Below, piece after piece: positions 28,287 to 36,759 of a DNA stretch of 64,000 nucleotides; position 1 is the first letter of the stretch; each line of letters opens with the position of its first letter. The DNA lies in contig LFCN01000006.1 of the NCBI GenBank assembly GCA_001189075.1, positions 460,866 to 524,865 of the forward strand, given 5' to 3'. This DNA is from Parcubacteria bacterium C7867-004. GTDB taxonomy: Bacteria; Patescibacteriota; Minisyncoccia; Phycocordibacterales; Phycocordibacteraceae. The notes beneath the pieces were generated by a model. It saw nothing but the letters and a program-made list of their open reading frames with translations. It made no database searches and was not told the DNA's origin. The translations under genes and the position numbers were made by a program.

Positions 28287-29204
28287 ATGGATCCCATATT
28301 CCTCCTCGCGCTCATCCCCCTCGTACTCTGGGCGAGCTCCAATTTCATAGACAAGATCCTGCTTTCGAAGTATTTTCCCGACGGCTCGGTGTCGATACTT
28401 ATGGCGTATTCCGGTCTTTTCGGAATAGTCGCTGCGCCGATATATCTGATACTCGATCCTGCGGCGCTATCCGTGACACCACTGATCGGCCTCGCTCTCT
28501 TTGCTGCAGGTCTTCTGAGCGCGTTCGCGGTATGGCTGTACCTGTATGCGCTTACCATAGAGGACACCTCAACTGTGCTCCCGTTCTTCCAGACGACGCC
28601 TATTTTCGGGCTTATTTTTGGATTCCTGATCCTCAATGAGACCATCACCACGAGCCAAGCTCTGTTTGGAGCGCTCATCATCCTCGGCGGCATGGTGCTC
28701 GCGTTCGATATAGAGAAAGGGAAGCCGATAAGCGTGAAATGGAAACTGCTCGGGTTCGTTCTGAGCGCATCCGCGCTATTCGCCCTGTATGAGGCAGTAT
28801 TTAAGCTTCTCGCGCTCGAGGAGGGCTTCTGGATATCGATGTTTTGGCAGAGTGTGAGCCTCGCAGTCATTGGCATAGGGATACTACTCGTTCCGAGCCA
28901 GAGGCGCGCGTTCTTCTCGCACATGCGATCGAGCGGAACACCCATCTTCGGCTTAAATATATTCAATGAGTTCATAACCGGCGTTGGCACTGCGGCATAT
29001 AACTATCTGGTGCTCCTTGCTCCTATAGCCCTCGTTATGCTGACCCACGTCTATCAGTCGGTGGTCGTATTTGTCATGGGACTTCTCTTAAGCCTGTTCC
29101 TCCCGGGTCTGATCGACGAGAAGCGTAGTCCACGGATCCTTGTCCAGAAAATCTCCGCATTGATCCTTATAACGATAAGCAGCGTGTTTCTGTTCGGCTC
29201 CTAG
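28287..29204 (+). CDS. EamA/DMT-family transporter
   Basis: 10-TM duplicated EamA-like topology; 305 aa. Confidence 0.7.
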   Translation: MDPIFLLALIPLVLWASSNFIDKILLSKYFPDGSVSILMAYSGLFGIVAAPIYLILDPAALSVTPLIGLALFAAGLLSAFAVWLYLYALTIEDTSTVLPFFQTTPIFGLIFGFLILNETITTSQALFGALIILGGMVLAFDIEKGKPISVKWKLLGFVLSASALFALYEAVFKLLALEEGFWISMFWQSVSLAVIGIGILLVPSQRRAFFSHMRSSGTPIFGLNIFNEFITGVGTAAYNYLVLLAPIALVMLTHVYQSVVVFVMGLLLSLFLPGLIDEKRSPRILVQKISALILITISSVFLFGS

Positions 29205-29228
29205 GCCGGATCTACTCGGCTTCGTGAG

Positions 29229-29237
29229 TGCTATACT
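29229..29237 (+). promoter_or_regulatory. extended -10 TGcTATACT ~10 nt upstream of ATG at 29247
   Basis: Read directly. Confidence 0.4.
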
Positions 29238-29246
29238 TTCCGGCAT

Positions 29247-29573
29247 ATGGGAATGAAGCATCTGCTTGCCGCGCTCGTCTGCGTCGGCATTGTTTCGATA
29301 GCCTACGGATTCTGGCGGATCTGCATCATGGAGGACTATCTGCTCTTCGCGAACGTCCCGTGCGACCCTGCTGTCGAATCCTGTTTCGTCGGCGACGGAG
29401 AAAATACTCCCCAGTTCTACACGCAGGTGAGCAAACCTGCGTACTCGGTGCCTGATTGCAATGCTTGGAATGGGGAGTGCCCGGTACTCGGATGCGAGGA
29501 AGGAGAGGCCCGCTGCCAAGAGACTACCTGCGACCCGGCAACGGGAGAGGAGTGCTCAACGAAGCCTTTGTAG
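29247..29573 (+). CDS. small membrane-anchored Cys-rich protein (10 Cys), hypothetical
   Basis: N-terminal TM/signal anchor (LLAALVCVGIVSIAYGF), then Cys-rich acidic domain (CDPAVESCFVGDGE...CNAWNGECPVLGCEEGEARCQETTCDPATGEEC). Confidence 0.45.
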   Translation: MGMKHLLAALVCVGIVSIAYGFWRICIMEDYLLFANVPCDPAVESCFVGDGENTPQFYTQVSKPAYSVPDCNAWNGECPVLGCEEGEARCQETTCDPATGEECSTKPL

Positions 29574-29591
29574 GCTCTCCAGGTATCGTAT

Positions 29592-30347
29592 ATGTCGGCC
29601 GAAACGGATTTTCTCTACTACACGTCCGCGGAAGAAGCGATTGAGGAGCTGCGACGACGACAGGCAGACCCTACGTTCTGCGCATTCATCGAATCACTCT
29701 TCGGGATCGAGATCCCACCGATGCTGCTTTCAGGCCCGATGGCCATCTTCTCGCGGCCCATAGCATCACCTTCGTATGAGTTCTGCGCGTTCTACGAACA
29801 GGCGGAGCGGATCGGGCTCCCCGCCGGTGTATTCGAATACACCGCCGACAAGTTTGTTGCGCGCAACTGGGAGAAATATTGCTTAGGACGCCTGGCATTT
29901 ACTTCGAGCGAGGATGACCAGCGCCTGACGCTGCAGCGCATCGTGGATTTCAACCGTGATGAAGGGAAGCTGCTCTCGGAAATCACCACCATCGCAGGGA
30001 CGCCGCTCACTGATTTCCACCATGACCTGCTGTCACGGTACCTCAAGGGCAGGCCGATTGAGCTGTACGATTTCTCGGACTGGTTCATACCAAACCGAGG
30101 CGGGGACCGATGGAGCTATTACCTACGCTATCTCGGACTGTTCCTCGTCCACGGCATACTGTTCGAGAATTTCCTGATGGATAAGCGGGAAGCCTCCTTC
30201 ACGACGGAGGTGGTGATGCCGGCCTTCCGCACACTCGCGGATGCCGCAGGATGTGCCCCGCTGATCGTGCGCGCGATGCCCGCGGAGAAGGAAGGGCAGA
30301 GTGACCAGTGGTGCTATTATCATGACAGCCTGCGCACCGATATCTAA
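29592..30347 (+). CDS. hypothetical protein (251 aa)
   Basis: Protein-like composition; no recognisable family. Confidence 0.45.
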   Translation: MSAETDFLYYTSAEEAIEELRRRQADPTFCAFIESLFGIEIPPMLLSGPMAIFSRPIASPSYEFCAFYEQAERIGLPAGVFEYTADKFVARNWEKYCLGRLAFTSSEDDQRLTLQRIVDFNRDEGKLLSEITTIAGTPLTDFHHDLLSRYLKGRPIELYDFSDWFIPNRGGDRWSYYLRYLGLFLVHGILFENFLMDKREASFTTEVVMPAFRTLADAAGCAPLIVRAMPAEKEGQSDQWCYYHDSLRTDI

Positions 30348-30349
30348 TC

Positions 30350-31999
30350 ATGGGATACAACATTCTGCCGAATCTCGAGTACTGCAAAGAGATCGTGGAC
30401 GGATACGCTTCCTTCCTCTATTACACCCATATTCCGCCGACTATCATGGCGCTGCTTCTCGGCATATATGTGCTCGTGAAGAATCGGAAGTCGACGAGCG
30501 CCCAGCTATTGTTCGCGCTCAGCATCGTGTTTGCGCTCTGGACCACCACTGATCTCCTCATATGGCTAACGTTCGACCAGGCAACACCGATGATGTTCCT
30601 CTGGTCGCTTATCGGGATCCTCTCAAGCCTGATGTTCGCCCTGACATTCTTCTTTACGTTCTCGTTCGTCACGGGTCGAAGGATCCCCGTCTGGCTCGTC
30701 GCAGCATGGGGCGTGCTGCTGCTTCCGGTCATCATCGGCGCGCCAACGTCACTCAATCTCCAAGGATTCGACATACGCGACTGTGTCGCTGTCGAGGCGG
30801 CGGGATTCCTCTACTACTATCACGGCCTCGGACTCCTTACTGCCGTCCTCATACCGTTCCTCCCGCTCTTGCGACGCAAGCAAGAGGAAGCAAAAAGCAT
30901 TCCTCGAGCGGCAGTCACCTTCGCGACGCTCGGCGCGGAGCTGTTCCTGCTCACGTTCCTTGGCACCAGTTTCCTTGCCAGCTACCTGGTAGAGACGGGG
31001 GTCGTTCCTGACTTCGGTCTGGAGCAGTACGGCATCCTCGCGATGGCCGTCTTTATGGCGTTCCTCGCGTACCTTATCGTGCAGTACAATGCCTTCAACC
31101 TGAAATTCCTCGGTGCGCAGGCCCTCGTTATCGCCCTCGTTATCCTCGTCGCGTCGCAATACCTATTCGAGCAATCAGCGACCAACTACTGGCTGGTAAC
31201 GCTCACGCTGGTACTTACCATCTTCTTCGGGTTTATCCTCGTTCGAAGCGTTCAGCGCGAGATCAAGCAGCGTGAGCATATCGAAAAGCTCGCCAAGAAC
31301 CTCGAAAGCGCGAATAACCAGCAGGTCATCCTTATCCACTTCATTACTCACCAAATAAAAGGATTCGTCGCGAAATCGCGTAACATCTTCGCAACCGCGC
31401 TTGAGGGAGACTTCGGCACGATACCGGATACGCTCCGTCCGCTCTTCGAAGAGGGTCTGGCTTCCGACACCAGGGGAGTGGCAACCATCCAGGAGATCCT
31501 AAACGCCGCGAATATCAAGAACGGAAAGGTGACCTATGCGAAGGAACAGATAGACCTGAAGACGCTGGTCGACGAGGTCGCTAACGACCAACGGAGGACC
31601 GCCGAGAAGAAAGGACTGAAGCTCGTCATCGAGACTGGAAGCGAGCCTGTCATGTTACTCGGCGACCGTACACAGCTCGTGAACGCTATCAAGAACCTCA
31701 TCGATAACTCCGTCAAATACACCCCTTCGGGAGAGGTGCACATCGAGCTTGTGCAAACGCGAGATAAAATCCGCTTCTCGGTCAAAGATACCGGCATCGG
31801 CATCACCCCGGAGGATATGTCGCACCTTTTCACCGAAGGAGGGCATGGCGCCGAGTCCATGAAGATAAACGTTGAGAGTACCGGTTTCGGCCTCTATATC
31901 GTGAAGAACATTATCGAGGCCCATGGCGGAAAGGTATGGGCGGAGTCGGAAGGAGTGGGTAAGGGAAGCCGCTTCGTTGTCGAGCTCCCTGCATCCTAA
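30350..31999 (+). CDS. sensor histidine kinase with multi-pass membrane N-terminal domain (orphan; no response regulator adjacent)
   Basis: About 8 predicted TM helices, then a HisKA-like H-box (FITHQIKGFVAKSRN) and HATPase_c N/G1/G2 boxes (NLIDNSVKYT, VKDTGIGI, GFGLYIV). Confidence 0.8.
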   Translation: MGYNILPNLEYCKEIVDGYASFLYYTHIPPTIMALLLGIYVLVKNRKSTSAQLLFALSIVFALWTTTDLLIWLTFDQATPMMFLWSLIGILSSLMFALTFFFTFSFVTGRRIPVWLVAAWGVLLLPVIIGAPTSLNLQGFDIRDCVAVEAAGFLYYYHGLGLLTAVLIPFLPLLRRKQEEAKSIPRAAVTFATLGAELFLLTFLGTSFLASYLVETGVVPDFGLEQYGILAMAVFMAFLAYLIVQYNAFNLKFLGAQALVIALVILVASQYLFEQSATNYWLVTLTLVLTIFFGFILVRSVQREIKQREHIEKLAKNLESANNQQVILIHFITHQIKGFVAKSRNIFATALEGDFGTIPDTLRPLFEEGLASDTRGVATIQEILNAANIKNGKVTYAKEQIDLKTLVDEVANDQRRTAEKKGLKLVIETGSEPVMLLGDRTQLVNAIKNLIDNSVKYTPSGEVHIELVQTRDKIRFSVKDTGIGITPEDMSHLFTEGGHGAESMKINVESTGFGLYIVKNIIEAHGGKVWAESEGVGKGSRFVVELPAS

Positions 32000-32008
32000 A
32001 CGACTGCC

Positions 32009-32017
32009 TGGTATACT
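32009..32017 (+). promoter_or_regulatory. extended -10 TGgTATACT 7 nt upstream of tyrS ATG (leaderless-type)
   Basis: Read directly. Confidence 0.45.
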
Positions 32018-32023
32018 CGCTTC

Positions 32024-33274
32024 ATGAACCTGGCAGACGACCTAAAAGCGCGCGGATTGGTGGAGCACACTTCCGCTGATCTCGAGAAGATCCTCTCTAC
32101 GCGCCGCACGGCGTATCTTGGCGTCGACCCTTCTGCAGACTCAATGCAGGCAGGGAATCTCGTCGTAGTGCTGATGATGAAGCGACTCGCTGACGCGGGC
32201 CACAAGATCGTATTGCTTGTGGGAGGCGGCACCGGCATGATCGGAGACCCACGGGATTCGGGAGAACGCTCGCTCGCTGACGTGAAGCTCGTCGAGAAGA
32301 ATAAGAAAGCGCTGAAGGTGCAGATGCAGCGCATACTCGGGACTAAGATAACCGTCGTGGACAATGCCGACTGGCTCCTAAAGGTGAAGCTCGTCGATTT
32401 CCTTCGCGATATTGGCAAGCACTTCACCGTCAACGAGCTTATTAAGCGCGATATCATCAAGCGCCGGCTCGAGAATCCAGACGACAGCATCTCGTACACC
32501 GAATTCGCGTACTCGCTCCTCCAGGGATACGACTACTACATCCTGAACAAGGAGAAAGGCGTGGATCTGCAGATCGGCGGCACTGATCAGTGGACCAACC
32601 TCCTCTCTGGCGTCGAACTCATTCGCCGCAAGCTCGGAAAAGAAGCCTTTACCTTTACCATTCCGCTTGTAACGGACGCTGCCGGAAAGAAATTCGGGAA
32701 GTCAGAAGGGAATGCGGTGTGGCTCGATGCCACTAAAACCTCCCCATACGCCTTCTACCAGTTCTGGCTCAATCAGCCCGACGAGATGGTGGAGAAGTAC
32801 CTAAAGTTCTACACCTTTATTCCCGTCGAGCGCATCGAAGAGATGATGGCTTCGCACAAGCAGAACCCAGGCGCTCGCGAAGCACAGGAGACCCTCGCCC
32901 GCACCGTGACGGAGATTGTCCACGGCCCAGCAGCGGCAGCTACCGCCTCGGCGGCAGCATCAGCGTTATTCGGAAAGGAGCCGCTCTCAAGTCTTCCAAA
33001 GGAAGCGCGCGCGGTTGTGCTCGCAGAAGCGCCCTCGCTTCAGATTACGAAGGCGGATCTTGCGGCAGGATATTCAGTTATAGACGCGCTAGTGAATTCC
33101 TCGATGACGCCTTCGAAAGGAGAGGCACGCAGACTGGTCGAAGGGAAAGGAGTTTCGCTGAATGGCCAGGGTATCGATTCAGTCGATCGAAAGATTGGAA
33201 AGGAAGACTTCACTGATGGTCTCGCGCTACTCAAGAAAGGGAAGCGGGACATCATTGTTCTTGTTCTTAAGTAA
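32024..33274 (+). CDS. tyrS: tyrosyl-tRNA synthetase
   Basis: Class I aaRS fold with KFGKS (KMSKS-type) motif and C-terminal S4-like domain; full-length TyrRS similarity. Confidence 0.93.
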   Translation: MNLADDLKARGLVEHTSADLEKILSTRRTAYLGVDPSADSMQAGNLVVVLMMKRLADAGHKIVLLVGGGTGMIGDPRDSGERSLADVKLVEKNKKALKVQMQRILGTKITVVDNADWLLKVKLVDFLRDIGKHFTVNELIKRDIIKRRLENPDDSISYTEFAYSLLQGYDYYILNKEKGVDLQIGGTDQWTNLLSGVELIRRKLGKEAFTFTIPLVTDAAGKKFGKSEGNAVWLDATKTSPYAFYQFWLNQPDEMVEKYLKFYTFIPVERIEEMMASHKQNPGAREAQETLARTVTEIVHGPAAAATASAAASALFGKEPLSSLPKEARAVVLAEAPSLQITKADLAAGYSVIDALVNSSMTPSKGEARRLVEGKGVSLNGQGIDSVDRKIGKEDFTDGLALLKKGKRDIIVLVLK

Positions 33275-33298
33275 TACTTGAAATAAAATCCATCTTTT

Positions 33299-33331
33299 CA
33301 TTAAGCTAAGAATGACATTCTGAGCTTAATG
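33299..33331. other. ~33-bp near-perfect palindrome (CATTAAGCT aa GAATGaCATTC tg AGCTTAATG) overlapping the start codon of the downstream ORF
   Basis: Outer 9-bp arms are perfect reverse complements and the inner 5-bp arms are perfect; the ATG at 33329 lies in the right arm. Confidence 0.6.
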
Positions 33332-33973
33332 ACGTTCCAAACTCTGGACCAACAGAAAGAGGCTGCGAGATTGTATGGTAACGGTTTAAGCGCACAGCAA
33401 GTTGCTGATACTCTGGGTATCCATATACATACGGTATTCCGCGCACTGCGAAAACTTGGCGTAAAGAGTCGCACGACACGTGAATCAAACAGGATTAGAT
33501 TTACCGCGCAGCCCCTTTCATACAAGGTAAAAGAAGATCTTTCCTATGAGGAAGAACGTCTTAAGATGACGGCAGTAATGCTCTATTGGGCTGAAGGATA
33601 CAAGGTTGGGAAAGGAACAGTGGACTTCGCAAACTCAGATCCTGACATGGTCCTTATTTTTAAGAGATTTCTTTCGGAAATATGTCAGGTGGATGAAAGT
33701 AGGATACGAGGACATCTGTACTGCTACGAAGGACAGGATATATCCGGGATACGAACATTTTGGAGCAGACTTCTTTCGATTCCAGAAGATCAGTTCGTTA
33801 AGCCCTATATAAAACAGCAGGCTACACCGGGCATTCGTGGTCCACGAATGGTTCACGGGCTTGTACATGTCCGATACTGTGATACAAAGTTATTGAAGCA
33901 GATACTATGTTGGATAGACGAGTATCGCATCGAATGCGTCGGTGGCGGAGTGGTCAATCGCGACTGGCTGTAA
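33329..33973 (+). CDS. HTH-domain plus LAGLIDADG-like homing-endonuclease-like protein, in an AT-rich insertion
   Basis: N-terminal HTH (LYGNGLSAQQVADTLGIHIHTVFRALRKLGV). Central MLYWAEGYKVGKGTVDFANSDPDMVLIFKRFL resembles the single LAGLIDADG motif and following helix of homodimeric homing endonucleases. Local GC is clearly below window average. The last ~12 codons and the stop codon lie inside tRNA-Tyr. Confidence 0.45.
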   Translation: MTFQTLDQQKEAARLYGNGLSAQQVADTLGIHIHTVFRALRKLGVKSRTTRESNRIRFTAQPLSYKVKEDLSYEEERLKMTAVMLYWAEGYKVGKGTVDFANSDPDMVLIFKRFLSEICQVDESRIRGHLYCYEGQDISGIRTFWSRLLSIPEDQFVKPYIKQQATPGIRGPRMVHGLVHVRYCDTKLLKQILCWIDEYRIECVGGGVVNRDWL

Positions 33974-34021
33974 CCCAGTTGACTTAGGTCTACGTAGGTT
34001 CGAATCCTACCCGGCGCACCA
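33936..34021 (+). tRNA. tRNA-Tyr (anticodon GUA), class II with long variable arm, CCA encoded
   Basis: Folded by hand: acceptor GCGTCGG/CCGGCGC (one G-U), D-arm GCGG/TCGC with GG in the loop, anticodon stem ACTGG/CCAGT, loop CTGTAAC (anticodon GTA), 14-nt variable arm, T-arm GTAGG-TTCGAAT-CCTAC, discriminator A, CCA. Coordinates anchored to flanking ORF-track positions. Confidence 0.8.
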
Positions 34022-36243
34022 TGAACAAGCAGTTCCTCGCAGCAGTTACGCTCGCTGCACTTCTCCTAACCGGAGTAGTGCCTGCGTTTGCTGAGGAGCC
34101 CCTAGTTGAAGAAGTACCGGCTCCATTTGAGACGGTACTTTCTGATGCTGCGGAACCGGAAGCCACGACAACGGAAAGCAGTGTTGAACCTGCAGCATCT
34201 GCAGAAGAGACTTCTGTGGCGACAACGACCGAGGTTGAAGAATCAACACCGGCGGTATCGAGTGATACTCCCACCGTTATCGTGAAATTTAAGGAGAGCG
34301 AGCTTGATCTTGAGACAGCGGCGGACCGAGAGATCGCGGAAGACATCGCGGACATCGAGAGCGTTATCGTTACTGAGCATCTCCCGGATGCGAATATCTC
34401 GGTCGTAGCTTCCGAGATCAATGAGAGCGCGGAAGAAGCGGCTGAGCGACTTGAGGACAATCCTTTGATTGAGTACGCCGAACCCAACTACGAGCGTACG
34501 CTTGATGCTATCAACAGCGATGATGCGCATCGCGCGCTTCTCTGGGCCCTTGAAAACACCGGCCAGAACGTGAACGGAGTCATGGGCACTGCGGACGCTG
34601 ATATCGACGGAAGCGAAGCGTGGGGCCTGTCGCAAGGAACTTCTACTGTTGTAGCCGTGATCGATCTTGGCGTGATGTACAACCACGGCGATCTCGCTAA
34701 CCGCATGTGGGACGGATCCGCGTGCGTATCAGAGACCGGAGCTATGCTTGGTTCCTGCAACCACGGCTACGATTTCGAGAACAACGACGCGACACCGCTT
34801 CCGGAGATCCCGCTCGTCTCTCAAGGTACGCACGGCACGCATGTCGCAGGCATCATCGGTGCGGAGATGAATAACGCTACAGGCACGATAGGTGTCGCGC
34901 CGAATACCCGCATCATGGCGCTCAAGTTCGGGCTCGATGTGGCGAGCGAAGTGAAAGCTATCGACTTCGCGACGCAGAACGGCGCCGATATCATCAACGC
35001 GAGCTATGGCGGCACCACCTTCTCACAAGCGGAGTACGACGCCATCGAACGATTCCAGAACGCCGGCGGCATCTTCGTAGCATCAGCAGGTAATGGCGGC
35101 GTCGACGTCATCGGGGACGATAATGCAGCGACCCCGACCTATCCGGCAGGGTACGACCTTCCGAGTATCATCTCAGTTGCCGCAAGCGATCAAAACGATG
35201 CACTCACGAGCTTCTCGAATTACGGCAGCACTACTGTCGACCTTGCGGCACCCGGTCGTAATATCCTCAGCACCGTGACTACAACGGGAGTGAATATGGC
35301 GTATGGCTATCTGAGCGGAACCTCGATGGCAGCACCGATGGTTGCAGGAGCGCTCGCGCTAGCTAAGTCACTGTATCCAGCAGCAACGCCAACCGCGCTT
35401 AAGAACGCGATTCAAGCAAGCGGGGACACCAACGATGCGCTTGAGGGAACCATGGTAAGCGATAAACGATTGAATGCCCGTCATTTCCTTGAAGTACTCG
35501 CAGCGGGCGACGTGACGGCACCAGTCATTACGCTTACCGGAAGCGCAACCGTTTCTCTTACCGTAGGAGATACCTATACCGAAGAAGGAGCAACCGCAGT
35601 CGATGAGACCGACGGAAGTCTTACGGTTACGGTAGGCGGGGATTCAGTGAACACTGCATCCGACGGTACGTATGTTGTTACATACAACGTCATGGACGCT
35701 GCAGGGAATGCAGCGACGCAGCTTACGCGTACAGTTACGGTTACCAGTCCGGTTGTTTCTTCCGGTGGCGGAGGAGGCGGGGGTGGAGGAGGAGGCGGAG
35801 GAAGCCGAACCGCAAAGAAAAGAAGCACGACGACCGCCACGACCGTTGCGAACCCGACCCGAGAACTCCACTCTTCAGCGACTCAGACTGCAGTAGTCAC
35901 GCCTACCTACTCATTCACGAGCGACCTGACAGTCGGCTCGACCGGGCAGGCAGTAACCGATTTACAAAATCTTCTTACGCGAACCGGTTTCTATGCTGGT
36001 CCCGTAACCGGCTACTTCGGTCCGCTCACGGCGACAGCGCTCCGTGCGTACCAGCAAGCAAAAGGTGCAGCAGTTACCGGTTCGGTAGACAGTGCAACCC
36101 GTACACTCCTCAATCAGGAGGCACCTGCATCCGCGAACGTCTCATCACCAAGCCCAGACGTGCAGGCGACACTCGCTACGCTCCTTGCGCTCGTAGCCCA
36201 GCTTCAGGCTCGCCTGCAGGCGCTCAAGGCTTCGGGGTTATAA
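34021..36243 (+). CDS. secreted subtilisin-like serine protease (S8) with poly-Gly linker and C-terminal peptidoglycan-binding domain
   Basis: Signal peptide; Asp/His/Ser triad motifs (VAVIDLGV, HGTHVAGIIGA, GTSMAAPMVAGALAL); run of 14 Gly; C-terminal PG_binding_1-like repeat (GSTGQAVTDLQNLLTRTGFYAGPVTGYFGPLTATALRAYQQAKG). Confidence 0.85.
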   Translation: MNKQFLAAVTLAALLLTGVVPAFAEEPLVEEVPAPFETVLSDAAEPEATTTESSVEPAASAEETSVATTTEVEESTPAVSSDTPTVIVKFKESELDLETAADREIAEDIADIESVIVTEHLPDANISVVASEINESAEEAAERLEDNPLIEYAEPNYERTLDAINSDDAHRALLWALENTGQNVNGVMGTADADIDGSEAWGLSQGTSTVVAVIDLGVMYNHGDLANRMWDGSACVSETGAMLGSCNHGYDFENNDATPLPEIPLVSQGTHGTHVAGIIGAEMNNATGTIGVAPNTRIMALKFGLDVASEVKAIDFATQNGADIINASYGGTTFSQAEYDAIERFQNAGGIFVASAGNGGVDVIGDDNAATPTYPAGYDLPSIISVAASDQNDALTSFSNYGSTTVDLAAPGRNILSTVTTTGVNMAYGYLSGTSMAAPMVAGALALAKSLYPAATPTALKNAIQASGDTNDALEGTMVSDKRLNARHFLEVLAAGDVTAPVITLTGSATVSLTVGDTYTEEGATAVDETDGSLTVTVGGDSVNTASDGTYVVTYNVMDAAGNAATQLTRTVTVTSPVVSSGGGGGGGGGGGGGSRTAKKRSTTTATTVANPTRELHSSATQTAVVTPTYSFTSDLTVGSTGQAVTDLQNLLTRTGFYAGPVTGYFGPLTATALRAYQQAKGAAVTGSVDSATRTLLNQEAPASANVSSPSPDVQATLATLLALVAQLQARLQALKASGL
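35764..35805 (+). repeat. GGN-codon low-complexity tract encoding a Gly14 linker inside the S8 protease gene
   Basis: ggtggcggaggaggcgggggtggaggaggaggcggaggaagc. Confidence 0.7.
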
Positions 36244-36335
36244 ACCCTTGCCATATCCTTTTTTAGTACTACTATGATCCTGTCCCGTTGGGAGGGACTT
36301 CTGAATCTTTGTTGTACACATGGGGAGTGTTTTAG

Positions 36336-36674
36336 ATGGACGTTGCTGTTGCCCAAGAACTGTTGGTCGGATCCGTGTCGATTGGTGAATCGGGGGGCAC
36401 TGCTTCCCCGAGACACAAGAGGCCGGCTGACCTGAAAAACGGCGACACCGTTACGGTGCGCTATAAACAGGGCGATGGATGGGGAGTTGAGACGGAGTTT
36501 CGGTACGGACCGAAGACGGAAATGGAGCCCGCGGATGGCGGGCTGCCGATTCTCGGACCGGGCGCGCCGCTTCGCAAGGCGCTCGCGACGATCGTGCAGC
36601 GCGGTCACACGGCCGAAGTTCCCTGCGGCGAATGCAGGCAACCCAGGCTCGTGAAGCTGATCAACATCCGCTAG
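36336..36674 (+). CDS. hypothetical small protein (112 aa)
   Basis: GGGGAG SD 8 nt upstream and a terminator immediately downstream; no family recognised. Confidence 0.35.
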   Translation: MDVAVAQELLVGSVSIGESGGTASPRHKRPADLKNGDTVTVRYKQGDGWGVETEFRYGPKTEMEPADGGLPILGPGAPLRKALATIVQRGHTAEVPCGECRQPRLVKLINIR

Positions 36675-36708
36675 AAGAAGATATCTGGTCTACCAATTGA
36701 ACCTACAA

Positions 36709-36736
36709 CGCCGCCCGGCAACGGACGGCGTTTTTC
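36709..36736 (+). terminator. Rho-independent terminator (cgccgcccg gcaa cggacggcg TTTTT)
   Basis: GC-rich stem (one mismatch) plus T5. It lies inside the track's N-terminal extension of trpS, which argues for the later trpS start. Confidence 0.45.
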
Positions 36737-36759
36737 TTTGCCTGTGGTATCGTATTTTC

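Noticed and set aside
33275-34021. tRNA-Tyr split by an intron carrying the endonuclease ORF
   Set aside because: The tRNA folds as a complete, contiguous 86-nt class II tRNA downstream of the ORF. No upstream 5' exon (GCGCCGG-type acceptor strand) is present before the ORF, so the endonuclease gene is free-standing and overlapping rather than intronic.
35764-35805. CRISPR array or tandem-repeat locus
   Set aside because: No regularly spaced direct repeats exist anywhere in the window. The only simple repeat is the in-frame GGN tract encoding a Gly linker.
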